NCBI GenBank assembly: GCA_035548125.1
Contig: DASZTV010000024.1
Location: 3,231 to 67,230, forward strand
Direction of reading: 5' to 3'
DNA: 64,000 nucleotides
Source: Mycobacteriales bacterium
Lineage (GTDB): Bacteria; Actinomycetota; Actinomycetes; JAFAQI01
Below the pieces are notes generated by a model that searched no databases, was not told where the DNA came from, and saw only the letters and a program-made list of their open reading frames with translations. The position numbers were made by a program, and so were the translations under genes. This document shows, piece after piece, positions 26,760-34,805 of the stretch (its first letter is position 1; the number at the start of each line of letters is the position of its first letter).

Positions 26760-28142
26760 GTGAGCCCTACCGTCACGGCCATGGCATCCAAGGCAGCTGC
26801 CCGCCCGGCCTACCGGTGCGACGAGTGCGGGCTCGAGGTCGGCAAGTGGGTGGGGCGCTGCCCGGAGTGCCAGGCGTGGGGCACCATCGCCGAAGCGGGC
26901 GCCCGACCGGGGCTGACAGTCGTCGCCGGCCCGGTATCGGCACCGGCGAAGCCGATCGCGGAGGTCGAGGAGCAGGCTGCCCGCCACCGCGCGACCGGAG
27001 AACCCGAGTTCGACCGCGTCCTCGGGGGCGGGCTGGTCCCCGGCTCCGTGGTGTTGCTGGCCGGTGAGCCCGGCGTCGGCAAGTCGACGCTGCTGATCAG
27101 CACCGCCGCGAAGGTCGCACAGAGCGGTCGGCGTTGCCTCGTGGTCACCGGCGAGGAGTCGGCCGCCCAGGTTCGGCTGCGCGCCGGACGCATCGGGGCG
27201 CTCGCCGACGAGCTGTTCCTCGCCGCGGAGACCGAGCTGTCCGCGGTGCTCGGCCACGTCGACGCCGTCGCGCCCGACGTGCTGGTAGTCGACTCCGTGC
27301 AGACGATCGGCTCCGCGGAGATCGACGGCGCGACAGGCGGCGTCTCGCAGGTCCGTGAGGTTGCGAGCGCGATCATCCGGCTGGCGAAGGCGCGCGGGAT
27401 GGCGACGATCCTGGTCGGCCACGTGACGAAGGACGGCGCCGTCGCAGGCCCGCGAACGCTCGAGCACCTCGTGGACGTCGTGCTGTCCTTCGAAGGCGAC
27501 CGCCACTCGCGGCTTCGTCTGGTGCGCACCGTGAAGAACCGGTTCGGCCCCGCCGACGAGGTCGGCTGCTTCGATCTCACGGACGACGGCATCGTCGGGC
27601 TGCCCGACCCGTCCGGACTGTTCCTCGCCCACGGCAACAAGCCCGTGCCGGGCACCTGCGTAACGGTGACGATGGAGGGCCGCCGTGCCCTCGTCACCGA
27701 GGTTCAGGCGCTGGTGACAGGAAGCGAGCAGACCAACCCGCGCCGGGCGACCAGCGGTGTCGACGGGGCCCGTACCGCGATGCTGCTCGCCGTCCTGCAG
27801 CGTTCGCTCGGCATCACGCTGTCCAAGCACGAGGTCTACGCCGCGACGGTCGGCGGGGTCCGGCTGGCCGAACCGGCGTCGGATCTCGCCCTCGCACTCG
27901 CGATCACCAGTACCGCGCGCGACCTCTCCGTCGTACCCGGACTCGTGGCGATCGGCGAGGTGGGTCTCGCCGGTGAGATCCGCCCGGTGTCGTCGATGCG
28001 CGGCCGGCTGGCCGAGGCGGCGCGGCTCGGGTTCAGCGTCGCTCTCGTACCTCCCGGTTGCAGCGTCGACTCCGTACCGATCCGCACCGTCGAGGTCGAG
28101 GACATTCGCGACGCCGCGCGACGCGCCATCCCGCCGCTTTGA
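26760..28142 (+). CDS. radA: DNA repair protein RadA
   Basis: Zinc ribbon YRCDECGLEVGKWVGRCPECQAWGT, Walker A GEPGVGKST, KNRFG motif and a Lon-like C-terminal domain. Alternative start ATG 26781. Confidence 0.95.
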   Translation: MSPTVTAMASKAAARPAYRCDECGLEVGKWVGRCPECQAWGTIAEAGARPGLTVVAGPVSAPAKPIAEVEEQAARHRATGEPEFDRVLGGGLVPGSVVLLAGEPGVGKSTLLISTAAKVAQSGRRCLVVTGEESAAQVRLRAGRIGALADELFLAAETELSAVLGHVDAVAPDVLVVDSVQTIGSAEIDGATGGVSQVREVASAIIRLAKARGMATILVGHVTKDGAVAGPRTLEHLVDVVLSFEGDRHSRLRLVRTVKNRFGPADEVGCFDLTDDGIVGLPDPSGLFLAHGNKPVPGTCVTVTMEGRRALVTEVQALVTGSEQTNPRRATSGVDGARTAMLLAVLQRSLGITLSKHEVYAATVGGVRLAEPASDLALALAITSTARDLSVVPGLVAIGEVGLAGEIRPVSSMRGRLAEAARLGFSVALVPPGCSVDSVPIRTVEVEDIRDAARRAIPPL

Positions 28143-28202
28143 ATCAGTAGCGATCTCCAGCCTCACCAATAGACTCGGGCACCGAGTGAGGCGAGGAGTC
28201 CG

Positions 28203-29291
28203 GTGGCACCCGAGCGCGGGGAAAACGACCTGCTGCGGTCGACCCTTGCCAAAGTGGCGCCCGGCACGCAGCTGCGTGACGGCCTCGAGCGGATCCTGCG
28301 CGGGCATACCGGCGCACTGATCGTTCTCGGCTACGACAAGAACGTCGAGGCGCTGTGCACCGGTGGCTTCCCGCTCGACGTCGAGTTCGCGGCGACGCGG
28401 CTGCGGGAGCTCGCGAAGATGGACGGCGCGATCGTCCTGGACAGCGACCTGACCAAGATCCTGCGCGCCGCCACGCACCTGGTACCGGATCCGTCGATTC
28501 CCACCGAGGAGTCGGGCACCCGGCACCGCACGGCGGAGCGGGTCGCGCGACAAACCGGCTTCCCGGTGGTCAGCGTCAGCCAGTCGATGCGCATCATCGC
28601 GTTGTACGTCGACGGGCGCCGCTACGTGCTCGACGACTCGGCGGCGATCCTGTCGCGGGCCAACCAGGCGCTCGCGACACTCGAGCGCTACAAGCTGCGC
28701 CTCGACGAGGTGAGCGGCACGCTGTCGGCGCTCGAGATCGAAGACCTGGTGACCGCCCGCGACACCGTCATCGTCACTCAGCGGCTCGAGATGGTGCTTC
28801 GGATCGCGTCCGAGATCGACGGCTACGTCGTCGAGCTCGGCACCGACGGCCGGTTGCTGGCCTTGCAGCGCGACGAGCTGATGGCCGGCGTGCCGCAAGA
28901 GCGGGAGCTGGTGATCCGTGACTACATGCCCACCCCGCACGGCCGCCGACCCCGCACCGTCGAGCACGTGCTGACCGAGCTCGACGAGCTGTCTGGCACC
29001 GAGCTGCTCGACCTCGAGGTGATCGCGCGGGTCTGCGGGTTCGGCAGTGCCGCCGACGTGCTCGACACCCCGGTGTCACCGAGGGGCTACCGGCTGCTCG
29101 CTCGGGTACCCCGCCTGCCCTCAGCCGTCATCGACCGCCTGGTCGAGCACTTCGGCGGCCTGCAGAAGCTCCTCGCCGCGACGATCGACGACCTCCAGCA
29201 CGTCGAGGGCGTCGGCGAAACCCGCGCTCGGTCTGTGCGCGAAGGGCTGTCCCGGCTTGCTGAGTCCTCGATCCTCGAGCGGTACGTCTAG
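28203..29291 (+). CDS. disA: DNA integrity scanning protein DisA (diadenylate cyclase)
   Basis: DAC domain motifs ([21 protein letters not shown]) and C-terminal HhH ([19 protein letters not shown]). Immediately downstream of radA. Confidence 0.95.
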   Translation: MAPERGENDLLRSTLAKVAPGTQLRDGLERILRGHTGALIVLGYDKNVEALCTGGFPLDVEFAATRLRELAKMDGAIVLDSDLTKILRAATHLVPDPSIPTEESGTRHRTAERVARQTGFPVVSVSQSMRIIALYVDGRRYVLDDSAAILSRANQALATLERYKLRLDEVSGTLSALEIEDLVTARDTVIVTQRLEMVLRIASEIDGYVVELGTDGRLLALQRDELMAGVPQERELVIRDYMPTPHGRRPRTVEHVLTELDELSGTELLDLEVIARVCGFGSAADVLDTPVSPRGYRLLARVPRLPSAVIDRLVEHFGGLQKLLAATIDDLQHVEGVGETRARSVREGLSRLAESSILERYV

Positions 29292-29312
29292 CAGGGGTAG
29301 CGGGCGGCCCGC

Positions 29313-30917
29313 TTAGAGCGTGACCCGAACCGTACGGCCGTAGCCGGGGAGTGCGTCGGCGCCGGCGATCTCGCTGGTGGGCAAGGAGGGGCCGAGGTTC
29401 AGCGTCAGCGTCCGCTTGCCGCAGCGGGGTGGCGTGGTGATCGTGACCCTGCCGGTGCCGTGGACGGTGAGGCCGTGGCAGCTGACGTCGGTCAGCCGCA
29501 GCAGCTCCGCGACCGGGCGGCGCGCCCGCACGTGCCACCCCCAGACCGTGAAGCTCGCCGCGCCGCTGAGGTAGTCGAAAGTGGTCGGGTACGGCGGCGG
29601 GCTACCGGTTCCGTCCGGGTGCCGCAGCCGGGCGTACTGCGCCGCGACCTGCGCGCGGAGCCACGGGTTCCAGTAGGTGTCCGAGTGGATGCCGGGATGC
29701 AGCTCGTAGTGCTGCGAGACATCAGCGGCGGCAAACGCCTGGTTCAGCTCGAGGTTCGTCGGCAGCACCAGATCCTCGAACGCCTGCGCGGTCAGATAGC
29801 CGGGAAGTGAGAAATCGCTCGGCTGCCGCGGAATCGTGTCGTTGGAGAAGCCACGGATCATCAACGACTGGTGCCGGCCGCGCCGCGCCACCGCGTTGCC
29901 AGCGAGGTCCACCGGTTGGCGGGCGAGGTAGTACGCCTGGTCAGCCACCGGGTCGCCGAAGGCGTACAGCACGACCGCGACGTCCTGCGCCGCGCCCGGC
30001 AGCCCGCCTAGCGGGATCGTCCCGCCGAGGGGTGCCGGCACGGTGAGCGGCGGCAGCTGGGTCGGCGGGAGCAGGCCGGCGGGCCCGCTCGGCGCCGGGG
30101 CCAGCCCCGGAGCAAGCAGGATGTTCATGATCCCGGAGTCGGCGCCGATGCTCGCCCACTCGTCCGGGTGCTGCAGACCGATCGCGTAGGAGCCGTAGCC
30201 ACCGAGCGACTCGCCGTCGAGGGCCCTGGACGCACGGCCGCGCGCCACTCCGAGATGACGCTCGACGAACGGCACCAGCTCGTCGACCACGTAGGAGGCG
30301 AAGCGGGGTGCCCGCGTCGGGTAGCGCGGATCGGCGCCGGCCTCGGCGTACTTCGGATTCCAGTCCGCCCAGAACCCGTCGAGCAGCGGTCCCGGGCCGA
30401 AGCCCCCGGGCACGGTCCTGCCATCCGGTGCGACCAGCACCAGGTCGACCGGGGAAGCCGGCTTCCACCTCCGCTGGTCGGCGTACTTCCACGGGGCATC
30501 CGTCGCATACGGGGACACCTGCGGGCGATGCGCCAACGCGGCGACCCAGGCGCTCGGCGCGTCGGGGGTGCCGAGCATGGACGTCAAATCACCGCCGAAC
30601 CCGTGCAGCAGGTAAAGCGTGGGGCACCGACGCTGGGCACACGCCGGCGGCACGAAATAGGAGAAGGCCGTGGTGCCGCCGAGCTCAGCCGCGGGCTCGC
30701 GCCGACAGGCCACCTTCCCGACAACGACCGACGCCGCGTCGGGCGCCTGACAAGCAGCGAACGGTGACACCGCGACGGCTCCACTCGCTGCCCCCGCGAA
30801 CGGTGACACCGCGACGGCTGCGCTCACTGCCGCGCTCGGCGTCAGGGCCAACACCAGGGACGCCACAACCAGCGCCGCCCCCCTCACCTTCGCGATCTTG
30901 CACTTTTGCACCTTCAC
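29313..30917 (-). CDS. secreted alpha/beta-hydrolase (putative esterase family) with C-terminal extra domain
   Basis: Signal peptide (AALVVASLVLALTPSAAVSA), LYLLHGFGGD, and nucleophile elbow GESLGG. Start uncertain (GTG 30917 or GTG 30887) because it lies inside an inverted repeat. Confidence 0.8.
   Translation of the reverse strand: MKVQKCKIAKVRGAALVVASLVLALTPSAAVSAAVAVSPFAGAASGAVAVSPFAACQAPDAASVVVGKVACRREPAAELGGTTAFSYFVPPACAQRRCPTLYLLHGFGGDLTSMLGTPDAPSAWVAALAHRPQVSPYATDAPWKYADQRRWKPASPVDLVLVAPDGRTVPGGFGPGPLLDGFWADWNPKYAEAGADPRYPTRAPRFASYVVDELVPFVERHLGVARGRASRALDGESLGGYGSYAIGLQHPDEWASIGADSGIMNILLAPGLAPAPSGPAGLLPPTQLPPLTVPAPLGGTIPLGGLPGAAQDVAVVLYAFGDPVADQAYYLARQPVDLAGNAVARRGRHQSLMIRGFSNDTIPRQPSDFSLPGYLTAQAFEDLVLPTNLELNQAFAAADVSQHYELHPGIHSDTYWNPWLRAQVAAQYARLRHPDGTGSPPPYPTTFDYLSGAASFTVWGWHVRARRPVAELLRLTDVSCHGLTVHGTGRVTITTPPRCGKRTLTLNLGPSLPTSEIAGADALPGYGRTVRVTL
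30757..30819. repeat. 24-bp perfect direct repeat (39-bp period) inside the esterase 5' region
   Basis: GCGAACGGTGACACCGCGACGGCT occurs at 30757-30780 and 30796-30819. It encodes a duplicated AVAVSPFA peptide just after the signal peptide. Confidence 0.9.
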
Positions 30918-30952
30918 GGCGCCGTCAAGACGTTGAAAAGTGCAAGATCGCG
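30891..30952. repeat. 17-bp perfect inverted repeat with 28-nt spacer spanning the cheW-stop/esterase-start junction
   Basis: CGCGATCTTGCACTTTT (30891-30907) pairs with AAAAGTGCAAGATCGCG (30936-30952). The segment is unusually AT-rich for this DNA. The spacer contains the 10-bp palindrome ACGGCGCCGT and the GTG 30917 start candidate. Confidence 0.9.
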
Positions 30953-31405
30953 TTAGAGGGAGGCGAGGTCGTCGACGTTGGCGAGCGACTCGGCCCAGCC
31001 GCTCGCCGCCACGTCGAGCATCTTCTCGAGGTCGACGAGCAGTACCGGACCGTCCGTGGCGCTTCGTACGCCGATCACGTACGACGGCAGTACCTTCGCG
31101 GGCCGATCGGTCAGCTCGGGCAGCGCCTCGGCGGGCAGCACGGCCAGCACCTGGTCGACCGCGACACCCACTGCGTCACCGTCGACCTCCAGCACCAGAA
31201 CGTCGCCCTGATCCTCGGGTGCGTCGGGGCCGCGTACGTCGAGGACCGGAAGCGGCGCACCGCGCAGCTCGATCACTCCGGCCAGTGGCGCCTGGACGCC
31301 GGGAAGCCGCTCCAGGCCGGCGAGCCGCACGATCTCGCGGACATCGTCCAACGACGTCGCGAAGGCCCGCTCCCCCAGGCGGAACATCACGTAGCCGGTG
31401 ATCAT
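30953..31405 (-). CDS. cheW: CheW-like coupling protein
   Basis: 150-aa protein from ATG 31405 (ATGA overlap with the cheR stop). CheW domain pattern FRLGERAFATSLDDVREIVRL..LPGVQAPLAGVIELRGAPLPVLDVRG. The track ORF extends to 31714. Confidence 0.85.
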   Translation of the reverse strand: MITGYVMFRLGERAFATSLDDVREIVRLAGLERLPGVQAPLAGVIELRGAPLPVLDVRGPDAPEDQGDVLVLEVDGDAVGVAVDQVLAVLPAEALPELTDRPAKVLPSYVIGVRSATDGPVLLVDLEKMLDVAASGWAESLANVDDLASL

Positions 31406-32883
31406 GAGGTCCCTTCCATGGAGGGCGTCGGTGCCACGGTCCCGGCGCGGTCTGCAAGCTGCAAGCACAGCGCCGCAAGCTCTGCCACGTCGCGGCCGCC
31501 CAGTTCGGGCGCGGTCAGGTCCTTCGGCCGCCGACCGAGCGTACTGGCGGCGGCCCGGTAGGACCGCGCCGCCGCGACACCCTCGCCGACGCGGTCGAGG
31601 GCTCCGCCGAGCATGAAATGAGCGAACCCGTGCTCGGGGTCGAGGTAGACGGTCTTGCGCAGCACGACTAGTGCATCGGCATCTCGGCCGAGGTTCGTGA
31701 GCGCAACTCCCCACAGATAGTGGGCGTCGGCGCGCAGCGGCGTGCTGCCGGCGACCTCCTCGGCGAGGTCCGCGGCCTCCGCGTACCTGCCTTCGGTGAG
31801 GGCGCTCCGCACCGACTCGAGCGGGTCCGGCGGCGCTTCCGCCGGCACGATCGCCCGCGGGACCGGCAGCGCGGGAGTGACCAGGCGCGGCAGCTTCGGG
31901 ACCTCAACCGACTTCTTCCGGTCGGGATGGCGACGGTCGGCATCCGCCTTGCGCCGCTCCGACGCGCCCGGGCGATGCGCGTCCTTGGTCCGCCGCTCGG
32001 GGACTACCCGACGCCGGTCGGCCACCTCCGCCTGCTCCTCGACGTCATCGAGCCGCCGATAGACGAAGGCGTCGCCGAGTGAGACGAGGGTGAAGTCGTC
32101 GCTGATCTGCCACAGCGTCTCTGCGTGACCCAGGAAGAGGTAGCCCCCGTCCCGCAGCCGGTCGTGCAGCCGCTTCATCAGCGTTCGGGTGGTCTCGCGG
32201 TCGAAGTAGATCGTGACGTTGCGACACAGGATCAGATCGGCCTCGCCGGCCGAGAACGCCGGCTCGTCGGTCACCAGGTTGCGGTGCTCGAACTCCACGA
32301 TCGAACGGACTTCGTCCCGGACGGTCCAGGAGGTTCCGTCGCGGTCCGGCACGAACCAGCGGTTGAGGTCCGCCTGCTCGGTCATGACGAACGACCGCTC
32401 GCCGTACCTGGCTTCGCGACCTGCGGCGAGGCCACGGGTCGAGATGTCCGTCGCGAGGACCTTGACGTCCCAGTCGGTCGTCGCCGGCAGCAGCTCGCGG
32501 ACCATGATCGCGATCGTGTACGCCTCTTCACCGGTCGAGCACCCGGCGCTCCAGATCCGCAACCGCTTGCGGTCTGCGGCTTGTCGGATGAGCTCCGGCA
32601 TCACGAACTTCCGCAACGCGCGGATCTGCGGCGGGTTCCGGAAGAAGTGAGTTTCGGGGATCGTCACCTCGTCGATCAGCCACTGCAGCTCGTCGGTACC
32701 CGTCGGGGCGCCGACCTTCGCGAGGTAGGTGCCGACGTCGGGGGTTTTGGTCGCGCGCATTCGCTCGCCGATGGAAAAGCCGAGCGAGTCGCGACGCGAC
32801 TCGTCGAAGGAAAGCCCGGCCGCGCTGTGGAGGAGCTGCGTGACCGTCGCGAACTCGGCGTCGCTCAATGCGACGCGCTTCAC
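31402..32883 (-). CDS. cheR: chemotaxis protein methyltransferase CheR with C-terminal TPR domain
   Basis: GTG 32883 (GTGA overlap with the cheB stop). Motifs TIPETHFFRNP, RIWSAGCSTGEEAYTIAI and LCRNVTIYFD. A basic linker is followed by TPR-like repeats (AHYLWGVALTNLGRDADALVVLRKTVYLDPEH...). The track ORF extends to 33306. Confidence 0.88.
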   Translation of the reverse strand: MKRVALSDAEFATVTQLLHSAAGLSFDESRRDSLGFSIGERMRATKTPDVGTYLAKVGAPTGTDELQWLIDEVTIPETHFFRNPPQIRALRKFVMPELIRQAADRKRLRIWSAGCSTGEEAYTIAIMVRELLPATTDWDVKVLATDISTRGLAAGREARYGERSFVMTEQADLNRWFVPDRDGTSWTVRDEVRSIVEFEHRNLVTDEPAFSAGEADLILCRNVTIYFDRETTRTLMKRLHDRLRDGGYLFLGHAETLWQISDDFTLVSLGDAFVYRRLDDVEEQAEVADRRRVVPERRTKDAHRPGASERRKADADRRHPDRKKSVEVPKLPRLVTPALPVPRAIVPAEAPPDPLESVRSALTEGRYAEAADLAEEVAGSTPLRADAHYLWGVALTNLGRDADALVVLRKTVYLDPEHGFAHFMLGGALDRVGEGVAAARSYRAAASTLGRRPKDLTAPELGGRDVAELAALCLQLADRAGTVAPTPSMEGTS

Positions 32884-34067
32884 TCCGACCTGCCCTCGTC
32901 CGCCGGCGAGAGGAGCCGGTGCAGCGCCACCGAGATGTCGGGCAGCGGCAGCTGCATGTCGACGGCGTCTTCGGACTTGGCGGCGGCAGGCATGCCGTAG
33001 ACCGCGCTGGTCGACTCGTCCTGGGCGATGGTGATCCCGCCCTGGTTGCGGATCCGCTTCAAGCCCGTCGCCCCGTCGCGACCCATCCCGGTCAGCAAAA
33101 CCCCGGCAGCGAGCGAGCCGTACGCGTCGGCCGCCGACGTAAAGGTCACATCGATGCCCGGCACGTGGTACTGCGTCGGAGGCGGGGTCTGCGTCGTCAC
33201 CCGCAGATGATCGTGGATCACGAGGTTCATCGCGCCCGGCGCAATCGTCACGACCCCTGGCGCCAGGCGCTTGCCATGCTCCCCGAGGACGACCGGGAGC
33301 GGACACACCTCGTCGAGCCAGTGCGTCAGTCCTTCCATGAACCCGTCGGCCATGTGCTGGACGACGACGATGGCGGTCGTCGTACGCGTCGGCAGATCCG
33401 AGAGCAAGGTCGCGAGTGCTTGCGGGCCGCCCGTCGATGCGCCGATGACGAGTACCTCGAACTCTCGTTCGGCGAGCCGCTCGATGGGGTCTGACGAGTC
33501 CGACACAGCGCGCGGCGCCGCTTTGCGCGAGGACGTGGTGCGGGGCGCCGGCTTCTCCGTGGTGCCGTCGAGCCGAGCGGTGGTGATGGCGGAACGCGAC
33601 TGGCCGAGCCGGCCTCGCGGGTGGGTGATGACCCGCACCCGGCCGGCCACCCGCAGCCGTTGGCGCAGCTCCTCGGCGTACTCCGACAGCCGTGCGCTGT
33701 CGTCCGGACCCGGCTTCGCCATCACGTCGATCGCGCCCGCCGCCAGCGCGGAAGCGGCGTTGTCGCGGTCGGCACCGTCGACGAACGCCGAATACACGAC
33801 GATCGGGGTCGGACGGTTCGCCATGATCCGCTCGATCGCCTCGATGCCGTTCATGACCGGCAGGTGCAGGTCCATGATGACCGCGGTCGGCTTGAGCTGG
33901 TCGACCAGTGCGATGGCGTCGCGCCCGGTGCGCGCTTCGCCGACGACCTGGAGCATCGGGTCTGCCGACATGGCGGCGCGGATGAAGCGCCGCTGCGTGG
34001 CGGAGTCGTCGACGATGACGACGGTGACCGGGCTGGGGAGCTCCGCCTGTGCCGTCACGTGTGACAT
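32880..34067 (-). CDS. cheB: protein-glutamate methylesterase CheB (REC + methylesterase)
   Basis: REC domain (VVIVDDS..., VIMDLHLPVMNG). Methylesterase motifs VIGASTGGPQAL, VQHM and GMGRDG. The inter-domain linker is unusually long, about 90 aa. Confidence 0.88.
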   Translation of the reverse strand: MSHVTAQAELPSPVTVVIVDDSATQRRFIRAAMSADPMLQVVGEARTGRDAIALVDQLKPTAVIMDLHLPVMNGIEAIERIMANRPTPIVVYSAFVDGADRDNAASALAAGAIDVMAKPGPDDSARLSEYAEELRQRLRVAGRVRVITHPRGRLGQSRSAITTARLDGTTEKPAPRTTSSRKAAPRAVSDSSDPIERLAEREFEVLVIGASTGGPQALATLLSDLPTRTTTAIVVVQHMADGFMEGLTHWLDEVCPLPVVLGEHGKRLAPGVVTIAPGAMNLVIHDHLRVTTQTPPPTQYHVPGIDVTFTSAADAYGSLAAGVLLTGMGRDGATGLKRIRNQGGITIAQDESTSAVYGMPAAAKSEDAVDMQLPLPDISVALHRLLSPADEGRSE

Positions 34068-34161
34068 GTCGTCGTGTCCGTTCGCCTGCTTGAGCGTGCG
34101 TGGCGCACGGTTCCCCCCAATGACCCGTCAGTGTCAGGCAGTTTGATCCGATTGAGCCCGA

Positions 34162-34755
34162 TTACTGCGTCTTCTTCGTGAAGTGGAAGGCGACCTCCTC
34201 CGCGTTGACGCCATCAATCGTGGCGCTGAGGTGATAGGTCCCGGGCTGGGCCGGCTCACCCCGCTTGCAACCCGGATCCAGCCGGTGGCCGTCCCAGGTG
34301 ATCGAGACCTGCCGACTGGCTCCGGCTTTGAGCGCACGCGTCGCCGACGTGTCCGGCTGCGGACATCCCTTGGTGGTCCACCACTGGGCGGCGCCGGAGG
34401 TCACGGTCCACTCCTCGTTGGAGGGGGAGGTCGTCAGCCGGCAGGTCGCCTGGGAAACGTTGGAGAGGGTCGCCGTGAACACCGGCTGCTGGCCGACCTG
34501 ATAGGTCGCCTCCGATGCCGAGAGCACCGCCGACAGCTGGTCCGGCGTGCACGCGCCGCCGCCCCCGGTGGTCTGGGTTGTCTGCTGCGGGTTCGGCCCG
34601 TCGGTGGAGGTGGCTCGCGGCGACTTCGACGATCCGCCGGTCGTCGCGATGACCAGCACGATGATCACGAGCAGCGGCAACCCGACCACGACGAGCCGGC
34701 GGACCCAGTACACCTGGGGTGGATGGGGTCCGACCGGAAAGAGCAGGCTGCTCAC
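34162..34755 (-). CDS. membrane-anchored DUF4232-like protein (Rv3587c-like position next to mutY)
   Basis: TM helix (LVVVGLPLLVIIVLVIA), Thr/Gly/Pro linker, and an ectodomain with spaced Cys residues (ACTPDQL..., ATCRL, KGCPQ, PGCKRG). Start uncertain: GTG 34755 or ATG 34824. Confidence 0.7.
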   Translation of the reverse strand: MSSLLFPVGPHPPQVYWVRRLVVVGLPLLVIIVLVIATTGGSSKSPRATSTDGPNPQQTTQTTGGGGACTPDQLSAVLSASEATYQVGQQPVFTATLSNVSQATCRLTTSPSNEEWTVTSGAAQWWTTKGCPQPDTSATRALKAGASRQVSITWDGHRLDPGCKRGEPAQPGTYHLSATIDGVNAEEVAFHFTKKTQ

Positions 34756-34805
34756 CCGGATGATCGTAGGGGTCGAGCAGCCCCGCCGTCCCGGCGCGGC
34801 GGAGG

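Noticed and set aside
26730-28967. 745-aa minus-strand ORF
   Set aside because: It is antisense to radA and disA, which have clear Walker, zinc-ribbon and DAC motifs. The translation is Arg/Gly/Asp-rich with no motifs.
29299-29311. Short GC hairpins after convergent gene ends, such as GCGGG-cgg-CCCGC between disA and the esterase. Similar ones lie after rsbN (14472..14495), hpt (about 59520..59545) and capA (about 20575..20595).
   Set aside because: The stems are only 5-7 bp with no U-tract. Such hairpins arise by chance in GC-rich DNA, so I did not list them as terminators.
31402-33306. Long 5' extensions of track ORFs: cheR to 33306, cheW to 31714, hemA to 5111, proline dehydrogenase to 24759, SBP to 52982, DinB-like to 37251, lsr2 to 40222, the 55171 ORF to 56154 and the 54872 ORF to 55765
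   Set aside because: The extensions overlap the upstream gene's coding sequence, are Arg-rich and motif-free. In each case the conserved N-terminus begins at an internal ATG or GTG that forms a 1-4 nt stop/start overlap or follows a Shine-Dalgarno sequence.
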